Virus record (IMG/VR): IMGVR_UViG_3300044952_001073
Coordinates: 1-29,601 of that record
Source: a virus
Taxonomy: Duplodnaviria; Caudoviricetes
Length of the DNA stretch: 29,601 bases
Direction: 5' to 3' (one strand)
Shown: piece by piece, positions 8,491 through 18,193 of the stretch
Layout: each line of letters begins with the position of its first letter
How positions within the stretch are numbered: position 1 is the first letter of the stretch
The notes under the pieces: generated by a model
The model's input: only the letters and a program-made list of their open reading frames with translations
What the model was told of the DNA's origin: nothing
Database searches by the model: none
Translations under genes and position numbers: made by a program

Positions 8491-9935
8491 CCTTACAAGA
8501 AGCCAAAGCTGAGAAAGCCCGCCGGATTGCCAGCCGGGACCTTTTGGCTTTCATGCGTTGGAATTGGTGGCAACCCCACGAGTTCATAGCCGGGCGCCAT
8601 ACCGAGGCTATTTGCGGCCGCTTGACAAAGGCCTCCCAGGATTGGCGCGCGGGAAAATCGACTTATTTACTGATTGCCGTCCCTTTCCGCCATGGCAAAA
8701 GCGATATTGTGTCGCGCGCCTTCCCCGGTTTCTTTTTGGGGGCCAATGCAGACCGCCAGCCCGACGTTATCATGTCAGGCTATGGGTCCTCCCTGGTCAA
8801 AGGCTTTTCAAAGCGCGTCAAGCGGATAATGGAAGCCCCGCGATACCAGGCCCTTTTTCCAGGGGTCAAGCCGGTCCGCGGCTCAAACAAGGCGGAAGAG
8901 TGGCAAGTGGAAGGGTCCGCGGGTACGGTGACGGCTCAGGGCCTGGGCGGCGCCTTGACGGGCAAGGGCGGGCATTTACTGATTGTCGACGATTATTGCA
9001 AGAACCGGGCCGAGGCCGCCTCGCGGGCATACCGGGATAAAACGTGGGACTCTTTCCGCAATGACTTAATGACCCGGCAAAACAGCCCGGCCGCCATTGT
9101 CATAGTATGCGCCACCCCCTGGCATATTGACGACTTGCGGGGCCGGATACGAAAGGCCATGAAAGAGGACCCGGAATTCCCGGCTTTTGAGGAGCTGAAT
9201 TTCCCGGCCCGGAAACCCGGCGAGTGGGAGTATCTATTCCCCGAGCGCTTTACGCCTGAATGGTACAAAGCCCAAAGGTCCTCGCTACAGAAACAAGCCG
9301 CCGCCCTGTTGGATTGTGAACCGGTGACGGAAGGCGGAAACCGCTTTGACATATCCGCGGTCCGGGTGCATGCAACGCTCGAGGGATGGCCTCAGGGCCG
9401 GGAAACCCGCGGGTGGGACCTTGCAAGTTCGACGGCTGAGCGCTCAGGGGATGACCCGGACCGGACCTGGGGGGTCCGCGGGCTGGTCAAGCGTATTCAG
9501 ATTGCCGCCGGGATTTACCAGAACGAGCTTTGGATACGGTCCGCCGCTTGCATACGGGCGGAGGCCCCCGCGCGCGACGCGCTAATCAGGGCCACAGCTC
9601 AGGCAGACGGGCCCGGCGTTGCTCAGCATGTCGAGGCCTTTGGCGGATACAAGGACGCGTATACAACCCTGCAGGCGGTCTTGCGGGGCGTTTCAATAGT
9701 CAAGGCCTCCCGCCTGCCGGGTGACAAAAGCGCAAAGCTGGCGCCGCTGGAGCCGTCTTTCCAGGCCGGGCTTGTCCATGTTTACGGTCCCGGCTTTGGC
9801 CCGTGGCTTGATACCTGGCTGGCCGAGTTTGCGGCTTTCCCCGAGGGCGGGCATGACGACGGGCCCGACGCCACCGGTGTTATGTTTCACTCTCAGGCGG
9901 GCAAAGCCTCAGGCGGCTCGGGGCTTCTCTGTTGA
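8487..9935 (+). CDS. terL: Terminase large subunit
   Basis: Walker A PFRHGKS, GGALTGKGG, Walker B LLIVDD, ATPWHIDDL, nuclease GWDLAS and FPEGGHDDGPDA. Confidence 0.93.
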   Translation: MTLQEAKAEKARRIASRDLLAFMRWNWWQPHEFIAGRHTEAICGRLTKASQDWRAGKSTYLLIAVPFRHGKSDIVSRAFPGFFLGANADRQPDVIMSGYGSSLVKGFSKRVKRIMEAPRYQALFPGVKPVRGSNKAEEWQVEGSAGTVTAQGLGGALTGKGGHLLIVDDYCKNRAEAASRAYRDKTWDSFRNDLMTRQNSPAAIVIVCATPWHIDDLRGRIRKAMKEDPEFPAFEELNFPARKPGEWEYLFPERFTPEWYKAQRSSLQKQAAALLDCEPVTEGGNRFDISAVRVHATLEGWPQGRETRGWDLASSTAERSGDDPDRTWGVRGLVKRIQIAAGIYQNELWIRSAACIRAEAPARDALIRATAQADGPGVAQHVEAFGGYKDAYTTLQAVLRGVSIVKASRLPGDKSAKLAPLEPSFQAGLVHVYGPGFGPWLDTWLAEFAAFPEGGHDDGPDATGVMFHSQAGKASGGSGLLC

Positions 9936-9954
9936 CAAAAGGGCCTATATCATG
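9932..9954 (+). promoter_or_regulatory. Conserved late-module motif copy 1 (TTGACAAAAGGGCCTATATCATG)
   Basis: Matches TTGAC-N5-GGCCTAT-N3-ATG; the ATG is the portal start. Confidence 0.75.
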
Positions 9955-11601
9955 GCAAACGATACAATCTTTAAGCGCAAGCACAAAGCGGTGGCGGAAA
10001 GAGCCCACCAGCTTGAATTAAACACCCTCGCGGCCAAAGGCGGCCGCCGCTATGTGGACCGCCGGCTATGGCGCGCGCCGAATGAAAGCGACCTTTCATG
10101 GTTTGGCACCTATGGCCCCGGCGTAAAGGCAAGCGCAACCACCGCGGCGGACGCCGGCACCGTGGGCCGCAAAGAGCGCGCCGCCCTTGTCAATGACGCC
10201 GGCCGCGTTGTCTCAAAGATAACCCAGTATCTTTTCAAGGTTGACGCCCAGCGCCCCGGGGTTGACGAAGAGTGGGCCGGCAACGTGACAGGCCGCGGGT
10301 CCAGCCTTCTTTCTTTTTGGGTTGACGCCTCGGAAACGTTGACGGCCAGCCAGTGGCTTTGGCTGAGCGTTGACCGGCTCGCCGCCCTGAAAGACGAAAA
10401 CGGCAACCCCCGCCTGCGCACCCTTGCGGAAAAGGCCCGGGACCGGGATGTTGTAAAGTGGACAGTTTGGCCGGCAAACTCGGTGCCAGATTGGAATTTT
10501 TCGGAAACCGGAGCCCTGCTTTGGCTAATCACCCAGGACACCCGGTACGATAACGCCGACCCGCTTGCTGAGGCCAAAGAATTCATAGTGCGCACGCTAT
10601 GGCGCAAGACCGCGGCCGGCGTAACCTTTCAGGAATTCCGCCTTATGGACGGCGTGGTTACGGCGCTCGCGGATGAAACGCCGGTGCCGGGCCTGTCTGA
10701 AATCCCCTTCGTTCTTGTCGGGACCCCAAAGGCTGAGCCCTGGTGGTTTGATGACGTCGAGGCCTTGCAAGCTCAGCTTTTAAACCTTGACTCCCTGCAC
10801 GCCGAAAATCTTGTCCGGTGTGTTTTTCCCCAGTTGGTTATCCCTGAAACTTGCGTTTCAAGTATGGAATTGAAGCTCGTCGAGCGCATGGGGCCCAATA
10901 ACGGCGAGGCCGTCATGCAGGTCATACGCGAGCTGGTCCGCGGCCTTGATACCCCTATCATGGAAACCTCAGAGGATAAGGGCATAACCCGCTTTATACA
11001 GCCGAGCGCCTCAGACCTCAAAGCCATACCTGAGGAAATCAGCCGCAAGCGCTCCCTGCTGTTTGATATGGTGGGCCTTTCCCTTTTCAACCGGGAAAGC
11101 CGGCAGATAGCAAGCGCCGAAAGTAAACAGTTTGACCAGTTGGACACCGAGTCAACGCTGAAACACCGGGCCCGGATATTAGAGGCCGCGGAATTGCGCC
11201 TGGTTGAATTGTCAAAGCTGGTGGACCCGCTCTTCAAGGCTTACAACCCCGCCTGGCCGTCCTCTTTTGACGTGGTTGACACCGCCGGGGATACTCAGGC
11301 CTTGACGTTGCTCGGGAACCTGCCGGATATGCCGCCCGCAATGCGCCGCATGGTCTTAATTGCGGCCCTGAGGATACTGGGCGAAGTTTCCGGGCAAGAC
11401 AAAGACCTAATCGAAGCCGCCAGGGGTGAAATTGATTTAATGGACTTTACTGAGCAAGGCGTCGCCGCGGATAATACCGGGAAAATCCCGCTCGCTATCC
11501 AACAGCTCGCCCTGGCAAAGCAAAGGGCCATTGAGGACGGCGACCTTCAAACCGCCGAAACCATAAAGCAAAAAATAGACAGCCTCCTGCAGTCTGTCTA
11601 A
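9952..11601 (+). CDS. Portal protein
   Basis: 549 aa directly after terL, with IPFV and ASAESKQFD-like segments as in portal proteins. Start re-set to ATG 9952, since the 9721 start overlaps terL. Confidence 0.8.
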   Translation: MANDTIFKRKHKAVAERAHQLELNTLAAKGGRRYVDRRLWRAPNESDLSWFGTYGPGVKASATTAADAGTVGRKERAALVNDAGRVVSKITQYLFKVDAQRPGVDEEWAGNVTGRGSSLLSFWVDASETLTASQWLWLSVDRLAALKDENGNPRLRTLAEKARDRDVVKWTVWPANSVPDWNFSETGALLWLITQDTRYDNADPLAEAKEFIVRTLWRKTAAGVTFQEFRLMDGVVTALADETPVPGLSEIPFVLVGTPKAEPWWFDDVEALQAQLLNLDSLHAENLVRCVFPQLVIPETCVSSMELKLVERMGPNNGEAVMQVIRELVRGLDTPIMETSEDKGITRFIQPSASDLKAIPEEISRKRSLLFDMVGLSLFNRESRQIASAESKQFDQLDTESTLKHRARILEAAELRLVELSKLVDPLFKAYNPAWPSSFDVVDTAGDTQALTLLGNLPDMPPAMRRMVLIAALRILGEVSGQDKDLIEAARGEIDLMDFTEQGVAADNTGKIPLAIQQLALAKQRAIEDGDLQTAETIKQKIDSLLQSV

Positions 11602-11602
11602 C

Positions 11603-11624
11603 TTGACAAAGCGGCCTATATTAT
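11603..11624 (+). promoter_or_regulatory. Conserved late-module motif copy 2 (TTGACAAAGCGGCCTATATTAT)
   Basis: Intergenic, upstream of scaffold/capsid. Confidence 0.75.
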
Positions 11625-11704
11625 CTTCGCCGTCTTTGCGGGCGTTTAAACGCAATGAAACAACCGCCGGGGCGGTCAATCCCTGAGTTCAAAGAGGCTA
11701 AACT

Positions 11705-12394
11705 ATGACGTTGAAAGAGTTACTGGCAAAGGTTGCAAGGGGTGAAACGTTGACGGACGCGGAAAAGGCGTTCGTCGCCGGCGTTGACCCGGACAAAGAG
11801 CGCGACGAAGTTGCCGCCGCCGCCCGCCGCAAGGCTGAGGGCGAGCGCGACACGTTGAAGGCTCAGCTTGATAAATTAACGGCCGACGCCGCTGAGCTGA
11901 AACGCCAGGCGGATGAAAAGGCGGCCGCCGGTATGACGGAAAGCCAAAAGCAAACGGCGGCCCTCGCGGCCCTTTCTGCTCAGGTTGCCGCCCTTACCAA
12001 AGGCAAAGAAGAGGCGGAGGCCCGGGCAAACCAGGCAAGCCGCTCGCAGGCAATCCGGGAAAAGGCAAAGGCGGCGGGCATTATCCTCGCCCCCAAAACG
12101 GTAAATGAAGGGCTATTCAATCAGCTTTTAGAAACCCACCTTGCGGGTATTGACGTGGCCGACGAGGCAACGTTGAAAACAGCCCTCGAGCGGTTTAAGG
12201 CTGAGAACGCAGGCGTAATTCTGGCCCCGGGTTCCGGCGCCGGATTTAAAGCTGGCGAGCCCGGCGTTATCCCCTCAGGAAAAAACCCTTTCCACAAGGA
12301 CTCGTTTAATCTCACTGAGCAGGTTGACTTGTTAAACAAGGACCCGGCGGCGGCTAAGGCTTTGGCTGAGCAGGCTGGCGTTAAAATTGACTAA
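11705..12394 (+). CDS. Capsid scaffolding protein
   Basis: Ala/Glu/Lys coiled coil, GSGAG linker, C-terminal KNPF.KDSFNLTEQ..L...DP..A..LA typical of scaffolds. Precedes the capsid gene. Confidence 0.8.
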   Translation: MTLKELLAKVARGETLTDAEKAFVAGVDPDKERDEVAAAARRKAEGERDTLKAQLDKLTADAAELKRQADEKAAAGMTESQKQTAALAALSAQVAALTKGKEEAEARANQASRSQAIREKAKAAGIILAPKTVNEGLFNQLLETHLAGIDVADEATLKTALERFKAENAGVILAPGSGAGFKAGEPGVIPSGKNPFHKDSFNLTEQVDLLNKDPAAAKALAEQAGVKID

Positions 12395-12423
12395 AAAGCC
12401 AACAGAGAAAAGAGGGACACAAA

Positions 12424-13413
12424 ATGGCGGCTATTCGTTTATCAGATATTCAGATTAATAATGCTTTTTTGCAGTATGTCATTGCAAAAACGGCTACACT
12501 TTCCGCTTTGATGAAGAGCGGCATTGTCGGCGTCGACGCGGCGGTTGCGGCGGCGGTCAAGTCTGCGGGCTTCGGCGGTAAGATGGTCAACCTTCCTTTT
12601 TGGAATGATATTGCCGGCGACGACGAGGTTTTGAGTGATAACCCCGAGGCGCCTTTGACGGCCGGCGGGATTAATTCAGGGCAGGACGTTGCGGTCATTT
12701 TGCGCCGCGGCCGCCTGTTCTCTTCGAGTGATTTGAACGCCGAAATTGCCGGCAATGACCCCATGATGGTCCTGGGCGACCTGATTGCTGAATACTGGGC
12801 CCGCCGCAAGCAGGCCGCCGTATTCGCAACCCTGCAGGGCATCTTTGCAAGCAACGCGGCCAACAACGACGGCGACCTGATTTTGGATATTTCAGGGGAA
12901 ACCGGCGACGACGCTATCCTCGGCAAAGATACGCTCCTTTATGCCGCCCAGTTACTGGGTGACGCGAAGGGCGCATTGACCGCCGTGGCTATGCACAGCC
13001 AGGCTGAAACCCTGTTGAATACCCTCGGCGGGACCGGCTCGCTTTACAAGCCCGCGGAAACCGCCGCGCAGTTGCCTAGCTATAACGGGCGGCCAATCGT
13101 GGTCGACGATAGTTGCGGCTATGACCCGGCAACCCAAAAGGCGACCATTTACCTTTTCGGCCAGGGGGCTGTTGCGGTCAACGACGCGCCTGTCAAGACG
13201 CCGTTTGAAATGCAAAGAAAGATTGAGACTTCCTCGGACCAGATGGCAACCCGCGCCGGGTTTATCGCCCACGTTCGCGGCTTTAAGTTTCTCAATGTTG
13301 GTGTTACAACCCCGACCCCGACAAACGCAAACCTGGCCGCGGCCAACAACTGGGAGCGCGTTTATGAGAAAAAGCAGGTCCGCGTTGTCAAGCTGGTGGC
13401 AAAGCTCGGCTAA
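12424..13413 (+). CDS. Major capsid protein
   Basis: 329 aa with GG..VNLPFWND..GD.EVL, DPM..I....YW.R, AMHS, YLFG.GA, PTNA.LA...NWERVY..K. Strong RBS and a downstream hairpin. Confidence 0.9.
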   Translation: MAAIRLSDIQINNAFLQYVIAKTATLSALMKSGIVGVDAAVAAAVKSAGFGGKMVNLPFWNDIAGDDEVLSDNPEAPLTAGGINSGQDVAVILRRGRLFSSSDLNAEIAGNDPMMVLGDLIAEYWARRKQAAVFATLQGIFASNAANNDGDLILDISGETGDDAILGKDTLLYAAQLLGDAKGALTAVAMHSQAETLLNTLGGTGSLYKPAETAAQLPSYNGRPIVVDDSCGYDPATQKATIYLFGQGAVAVNDAPVKTPFEMQRKIETSSDQMATRAGFIAHVRGFKFLNVGVTTPTPTNANLAAANNWERVYEKKQVRVVKLVAKLG

Positions 13414-13418
13414 ACCCA

Positions 13419-13459
13419 CACCGGCGGCCGCCTGAAATATGGCGGCCCCGGTGGCCTTT
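13419..13459 (+). terminator. Hairpin/probable terminator after the capsid gene
   Basis: CACCGGCGGCCGCC-TGAAATAT-GGCGGCCCCGGTG followed by a short T tract. Confidence 0.55.
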
Positions 13460-13507
13460 CAAGGGATGAAACCTAAACACAAAAACCCTATTGAGGATTA
13501 AGAGAAA

Positions 13508-13945
13508 ATGAAAAAGAAAAACTTTGTTTCTATGATTTTGATGGCGGCCCTTTGCGTCGCCGTTGCTTGCCCCGTATTCATGCCCACAAGCGCTCAGGCG
13601 CAGGCGGTCGTGTCTTTGGATATTCCGTTCGCAAACCCCGAGGGCACGGCTTTTGTGACGACTAACGACCTGAGCAACGCGGCCGGCCAGGAGTTGTCTT
13701 TCATCAAGTGTTGGGGCGTAACCCCGGCCGATACGGCGTTAAACGTATACCTGCGGCATAAAGACGCCGGCGGGACATGGCGAGAAACGGCGCTCCCCAC
13801 GCTGACTTTGGCCGGTGGTGTAATTTCAACCAATCTCGTGAACCTTGCCGCGCCGCTTGTCGGGGCAAAGGGTGACAAATACCGGATTGTCTTTTCCACC
13901 GGAACGAACGGATTTATCCAGGTCCTCGGCAAGATTTACCGATGA
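13508..13945 (+). CDS. Hypothetical beta-rich protein with Sec-type signal peptide
   Basis: MKKKNF + hydrophobic core + AQA. Position normally held by head decoration genes. Confidence 0.7.
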   Translation: MKKKNFVSMILMAALCVAVACPVFMPTSAQAQAVVSLDIPFANPEGTAFVTTNDLSNAAGQELSFIKCWGVTPADTALNVYLRHKDAGGTWRETALPTLTLAGGVISTNLVNLAAPLVGAKGDKYRIVFSTGTNGFIQVLGKIYR

Positions 13946-14001
13946 CCGCGGCCGGTCCGTTTTCATGTTGACGTTTTAACCTAAAAAGAAAGGGTTACAC
14001 A

Positions 14002-14310
14002 ATGCCAGAAGCAACCAAAAAAGCGCCCCCGGTCAATGACGCCCTGCGCCTATACCGCGCGTCGCGCACGCGCCTGAATGAACGCCGGCAGGCTGAGCTT
14101 ACAGCCGCCGTCGCGTCCCTGTCAGGGGCCCAGGCAAAGGAGCCGGCAAAGCGCGGCCGCCCGCCTAATCAGCCGCCTCCGGTGACGCCGCCGCCTCCGG
14201 TGACGCCGCCGCCTCCGGGCAACCCGCCTCCGGCCGGAAACGACGCCCCGCCTCCGCCGCCCCAGGGCAATGACGCCCCGCCTCCGGACGGTGAAACTAT
14301 CACGGAGTAA
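14002..14310 (+). CDS. Proline-rich hypothetical protein
   Basis: RBS AAAGGG; KRGRP motif followed by PPPVTP/PPPGN repeats. Confidence 0.65.
   Translation: MPEATKKAPPVNDALRLYRASRTRLNERRQAELTAAVASLSGAQAKEPAKRGRPPNQPPPVTPPPPVTPPPPGNPPPAGNDAPPPPPQGNDAPPPDGETITE
14173..14218 (+). repeat. 18-bp tandem repeat x2.5 (CCGCCTCCGGTGACGCCG)
   Basis: Direct copies at 14173 and 14191, partial copy at 14209; encodes PPPVTP. Confidence 0.85.
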
Positions 14311-14332
14311 GACGAAAGCGAAAAATCAAACG

Positions 14333-14369
14333 CCCCCGGTTCCGGTCAATCCGCGGCCGGGGGTTTTTT
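14333..14369 (+). terminator. Rho-independent terminator
   Basis: CCCCCGGT...GCCGGGGG stem followed by TTTTTT. Confidence 0.7.
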
Positions 14370-14386
14370 ATTGAGGAAAAAATAAA

Positions 14387-14782
14387 ATGGCAATCACTTT
14401 TGAAAACGCCCAGGCTTATTTTGCCCCCGACAACCACCACCGCGCGGCCGTTTGGGCCGGCTTCCAGGAGACACATTGCCGCGGGGCCATAGCCTCAGCC
14501 CGCCGCGGGCTCGCGCGCCTGTTAGGCCGGGGCATGAAAGAAAACGAAGCCGCCTATAAAGAGGGGGACCGGATACGCGACGAGTTCGCGGTTTACGAGC
14601 AGGCCCTCTATTTGCTTGAAACAGGGGTGGTGGCCAACGGCTCAGCCTCGGACCCGGTGCCAATCATTGCCGGGAATGAAGAGGCGCAAAAGGCCGCGGG
14701 TACTAAGGGCCGGCCGAGCGTGGTGGGGCCTGAGGCCTTGCGGTGGCTCGGGTGGGGCGGGGTTGAAATCATAAGGGGCTAA
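14387..14782 (+). CDS. Head-tail adaptor-like protein
   Basis: ITFENAQAYF...W...A...AVYEQALYLL...PEALRWL resembles gp15/DnaT-like head completion proteins; RBS GAGG. Confidence 0.65.
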   Translation: MAITFENAQAYFAPDNHHRAAVWAGFQETHCRGAIASARRGLARLLGRGMKENEAAYKEGDRIRDEFAVYEQALYLLETGVVANGSASDPVPIIAGNEEAQKAAGTKGRPSVVGPEALRWLGWGGVEIIRG

Positions 14783-14785
14783 ATT

Positions 14786-17700
14786 ATGGCAAGGAAACCA
14801 AGCCAACTGCCGCTCCCTTTGCGCAAGTTGCAATCGTTTAAGACGGAAACCACCGACGAGCTTATTGCGGCCCTGAAGAAAGCGCGCCGGGATATTGCCG
14901 CAAAGATTGCCCTCGCCGCAAGCAACGCAAAGGCCGCCGGCTCGTCAAAGACCCGCGACGAGCTTTACGCTGAAATAGGCGCCCGGTATGCAACCCTTCA
15001 AGAAGGCATCGACGCCCAGCTTGCGGCCTTGACCTCAGCCGCGGCGAAGGCCGGGCATGAAACGGCGCTCGGGGAAATCTCAGCCGCCGGCGCCGAGGCC
15101 TTTACAAAATACGACCCGGAAAGAAACAAGCGATATTTTGACCTAATAAGACCGGCCAACGGCAAAAGCCTCGCGGCCGTATTCACTGAAAGCATGACCG
15201 GGTCCGCTATCCGGGCCCTCCGGACCGCAACTGTTGACGCCCTCAGGCTTGCCCAGGTCGAGGGGTTGACGGCAAACCAGACGCAAAAGGCCCTGCAGGA
15301 GCGTTGGGATAAATTAGCCGGCGACGAAGGCGCTTTCCGCTTTCAGGATAAGAGCGGCCGGGCCTGGGATAATGCGCGCTATTTGCAAATGTTAGTCCAG
15401 ACAACCGCCCAGCGCGTTTCCGTTGAAAGCCATATTGACACCATGGCGGCCAACGGCTCAAAGTTTGGCCGGATTAGCAACGACGGCGACTCTGATTGCC
15501 CTATTTGCGCGGCATGGGAGGGCCGTATAATCTTGACCGTCGGGGTCAATAAAAACTGGCCGACCTATGAAGACGCAAAGGTCGCCGGCGTATTCCATCC
15601 CAACTGCAACCACCGGCTTGAATACGTTGACCCGAAGGCCGACGCCGCTGAGCTTGACAGGCAACGCAAGGCCGGGGTCCCGGAGGGCGGTTTCACGCCT
15701 GAGGCCATGCAAGCGCAAAAGGATAATTTAGACCTCGAGCGGTTTAAGGCTGAGGGCATGACGCCCGCGGACGCCGCGCGCGCGGTTACGGCGGACCGCT
15801 TGGAAAAGGCAATCCGCCTGGGCACCCTTTCAGACTCAGCCGCGGCCGCGGTTAAAATGATGGCGCCTGCAGACCTTGACGCCATACGGGCCGCCGGTAT
15901 TCCTTCCTTCTCACTTGTCAAAGACAAGAAAACGGCCGGCTATAACAAGGGCGTCGCCGGCGGCATAGTACACGTCGCCAGGACGGCAACGGCTCAGGAC
16001 GTACTAAATGCCATGGGAATAAAGCCGGCCGCGCCTGAGGGCCCTGCGGCACCGTTGCCGGCGAAGCAAGCGGCCGCCCCGGTCAAGGCCCCGGAAAAGA
16101 AAGCGGAGCCGCCGGCGCCGCCGCCTAAACCGATAAACCCCTTCCCGGAAAACGTCGACGGGCTTGAAATAGTCAAAAGCCTCGGCGGGTCAACCGGGGC
16201 AAAACTTGTCCGTGACAAAGACGGCCGGCTTTTTGTTATGAAAAAGGGCGGGACCCCGGGGCATGTTGAAAGCGAGCTGGCCGCGGACAACGCATACCGG
16301 GCCGCCGGCGTTGCGGTCCCTGAGGGGCGGCTTTTCAAGACACCGGACGGGCCCGTCAAGCTGACAAAATACCTGCCGGACGCGGTTTCCCTTGCAGACT
16401 ATTTAGCAAGCGCCACCCCTGAGCAAAAGAAAAACTGTACTGCTCAGCTCGAGGCCTCTTATCACATTGACGCCATACTGGGGAACATTGACGTTATAGG
16501 CCTGGGGGCTGATAATGTAATGGTTGACAAGGCCGGCAAGGTTTGGCGCATTGACAACGGGAGCGCGCTCGGTTTCCGGGCCATGGGGCAACCGAAGGCA
16601 TACGGTGACTGGGGCGAGGGCGCCTCTGAGCTTTTCAGCCTTTGCCGCTATCAGAGAAAATACTTTCCCAACATGAACGGCCGCCGGGCCTCTGTTGCGG
16701 TCATGGCGCAAGACTGGGAGCCGGTCATTGCGGCCCTGCCTGAGGCTGAGGGCGAGCTTGTCAGGATACGCGTGCGCGAGGCCGCGGCCCACCATGACAG
16801 GGCGGTCCGGTTTATCCGCGAGGGCTTTTCCGAAACATACGCAGACAGTATGGGGGAGTTCGGCGCAAAAATCGTTTCATGGGGCGGTCATTATTTTATC
16901 CCCGGCGCCGTCGGGCCAGCCGGCAATACCGGCGAGTTTGACTGGTGCGGCGGGCTCAGGACCGGCGGCCACCCCGACAAAGCCATGGTCCAGACCATTA
17001 CAAAGGGCGCAACAATCGACCCGGATATTAACGGGTGGGCCTCTGTTGTCAAGACCGCGGCAATGTCAATAAACCACCACGTCGATATTCAGGACGGCGC
17101 GCAAAGCGGCCCCAAACTGAAAGCCCTCGAGGACATTTTGCCGGATATATTAGCAAAGGCAAACAAGACCGCGAGCCCCGACGCGCTATACCTTGCGGAA
17201 TACGCAAAAAAGGTTCAAGCGGCTTATATGACATACACGGCCGTCGAGTTCTTTGACCAGAAACAGATTGAAAAACAGCCGCCAGCCCAGGCAAAGGCCG
17301 CGGCAAAGATTGGCGCAACCGCCGCCGCCGCCGCTGAGGCCCGCCGCAAAGAGGCGCTTAAAAGGTTTACGTCATACAAGGACCTGGAGTATAAGATGGC
17401 GGAGGCGCTAAACCCGGCGGACCCTGATTACCCGGCCGCGGTTCCTAGCTATGCCACCCAGTATATGTCAAGCCAGGGCGGTGACAGTTGGAACCCTCAG
17501 GCCTGCGCATGGAAGGGCCTGCTGAATTTAAACGTTTCAAGGCCTCAAAAATTAACGTGGTATAATGCCATAAGTTGCGCAGACCAGGCCGAGGCCCTGA
17601 AATTCGTAACCAATAGCAAGTGGGATTTACAAAAGGCAAAAACAGCCCAGGCAATTAACCACGCCTCGGTTCAGCTTATCCTTGAAAGGTCAACGTTTCA

Positions 17701-18157
17701 CGGCAACCAGCCGGAGTCAAAGACAACCCGGCTTTTGAGAACTGAAAACGACGTGAACGTCAAAGCCCGTTATAAAATCAAGCTAAATTCGATAATGCCG
17801 GAAGGCTACCCCATGGGGATGAACGAAAGCGCGTCCAACATTTCACCGGTGACGGGCGTGGCGGGAAAACTTGAATGTACAACGGTCCGCAATGTTCCGT
17901 GGCCGCGGATATATGGCCTTCATTTTGTAGAGGGCTCCCCGGGCAAAAACGATACCGGATACATGACAGACGGCGAGCAGGAGTTTGACTTTGACGGCCG
18001 CGGCCTTCCCGCGGTCATGGTAAACATGGCCAACATGTACACCTATGACTCGAAGGCAAACAAGCACCGCGGCTTCGATTTAGATAAAATCAAAAAGGCG
18101 TGCGATATTTTACCGGTGCCCCCCAAAGCCCCCTTGACTTCCGGCGCCGAAAGGTGA
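14786..18157 (+). CDS. MuF/minor capsid protein fused to putative kinase and ADP-ribosyltransferase domains
   Basis: N-terminal F.DKSGRAW...Y..M..CPICAAWEGRI..AGVFHPNCNHRL (minor capsid/MuF). Kinase-like GGSTGA, VMKK, ESELAA, DAILGNIDV..DN, RIDNG. ART-like LLRTE, ESAS, EQEF. Confidence 0.85.
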   Translation: MARKPSQLPLPLRKLQSFKTETTDELIAALKKARRDIAAKIALAASNAKAAGSSKTRDELYAEIGARYATLQEGIDAQLAALTSAAAKAGHETALGEISAAGAEAFTKYDPERNKRYFDLIRPANGKSLAAVFTESMTGSAIRALRTATVDALRLAQVEGLTANQTQKALQERWDKLAGDEGAFRFQDKSGRAWDNARYLQMLVQTTAQRVSVESHIDTMAANGSKFGRISNDGDSDCPICAAWEGRIILTVGVNKNWPTYEDAKVAGVFHPNCNHRLEYVDPKADAAELDRQRKAGVPEGGFTPEAMQAQKDNLDLERFKAEGMTPADAARAVTADRLEKAIRLGTLSDSAAAAVKMMAPADLDAIRAAGIPSFSLVKDKKTAGYNKGVAGGIVHVARTATAQDVLNAMGIKPAAPEGPAAPLPAKQAAAPVKAPEKKAEPPAPPPKPINPFPENVDGLEIVKSLGGSTGAKLVRDKDGRLFVMKKGGTPGHVESELAADNAYRAAGVAVPEGRLFKTPDGPVKLTKYLPDAVSLADYLASATPEQKKNCTAQLEASYHIDAILGNIDVIGLGADNVMVDKAGKVWRIDNGSALGFRAMGQPKAYGDWGEGASELFSLCRYQRKYFPNMNGRRASVAVMAQDWEPVIAALPEAEGELVRIRVREAAAHHDRAVRFIREGFSETYADSMGEFGAKIVSWGGHYFIPGAVGPAGNTGEFDWCGGLRTGGHPDKAMVQTITKGATIDPDINGWASVVKTAAMSINHHVDIQDGAQSGPKLKALEDILPDILAKANKTASPDALYLAEYAKKVQAAYMTYTAVEFFDQKQIEKQPPAQAKAAAKIGATAAAAAEARRKEALKRFTSYKDLEYKMAEALNPADPDYPAAVPSYATQYMSSQGGDSWNPQACAWKGLLNLNVSRPQKLTWYNAISCADQAEALKFVTNSKWDLQKAKTAQAINHASVQLILERSTFHGNQPESKTTRLLRTENDVNVKARYKIKLNSIMPEGYPMGMNESASNISPVTGVAGKLECTTVRNVPWPRIYGLHFVEGSPGKNDTGYMTDGEQEFDFDGRGLPAVMVNMANMYTYDSKANKHRGFDLDKIKKACDILPVPPKAPLTSGAER

Positions 18158-18163
18158 TATTAT
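18134..18163 (+). promoter_or_regulatory. Sigma70-type promoter for the genes downstream of muF
   Basis: TTGACT (18134) - 18 nt - TATTAT (18158) with an extended -10 TG at 18155. Confidence 0.6.
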
Positions 18164-18193
18164 TAAACCGTAACAAGGGAAAGAGGTGCAACC

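Noticed and set aside
9721-9951. Extended portal N-terminus from GTG 9721
   Set aside because: Overlaps terL by over 200 nt; ATG 9952 coincides with the conserved motif.
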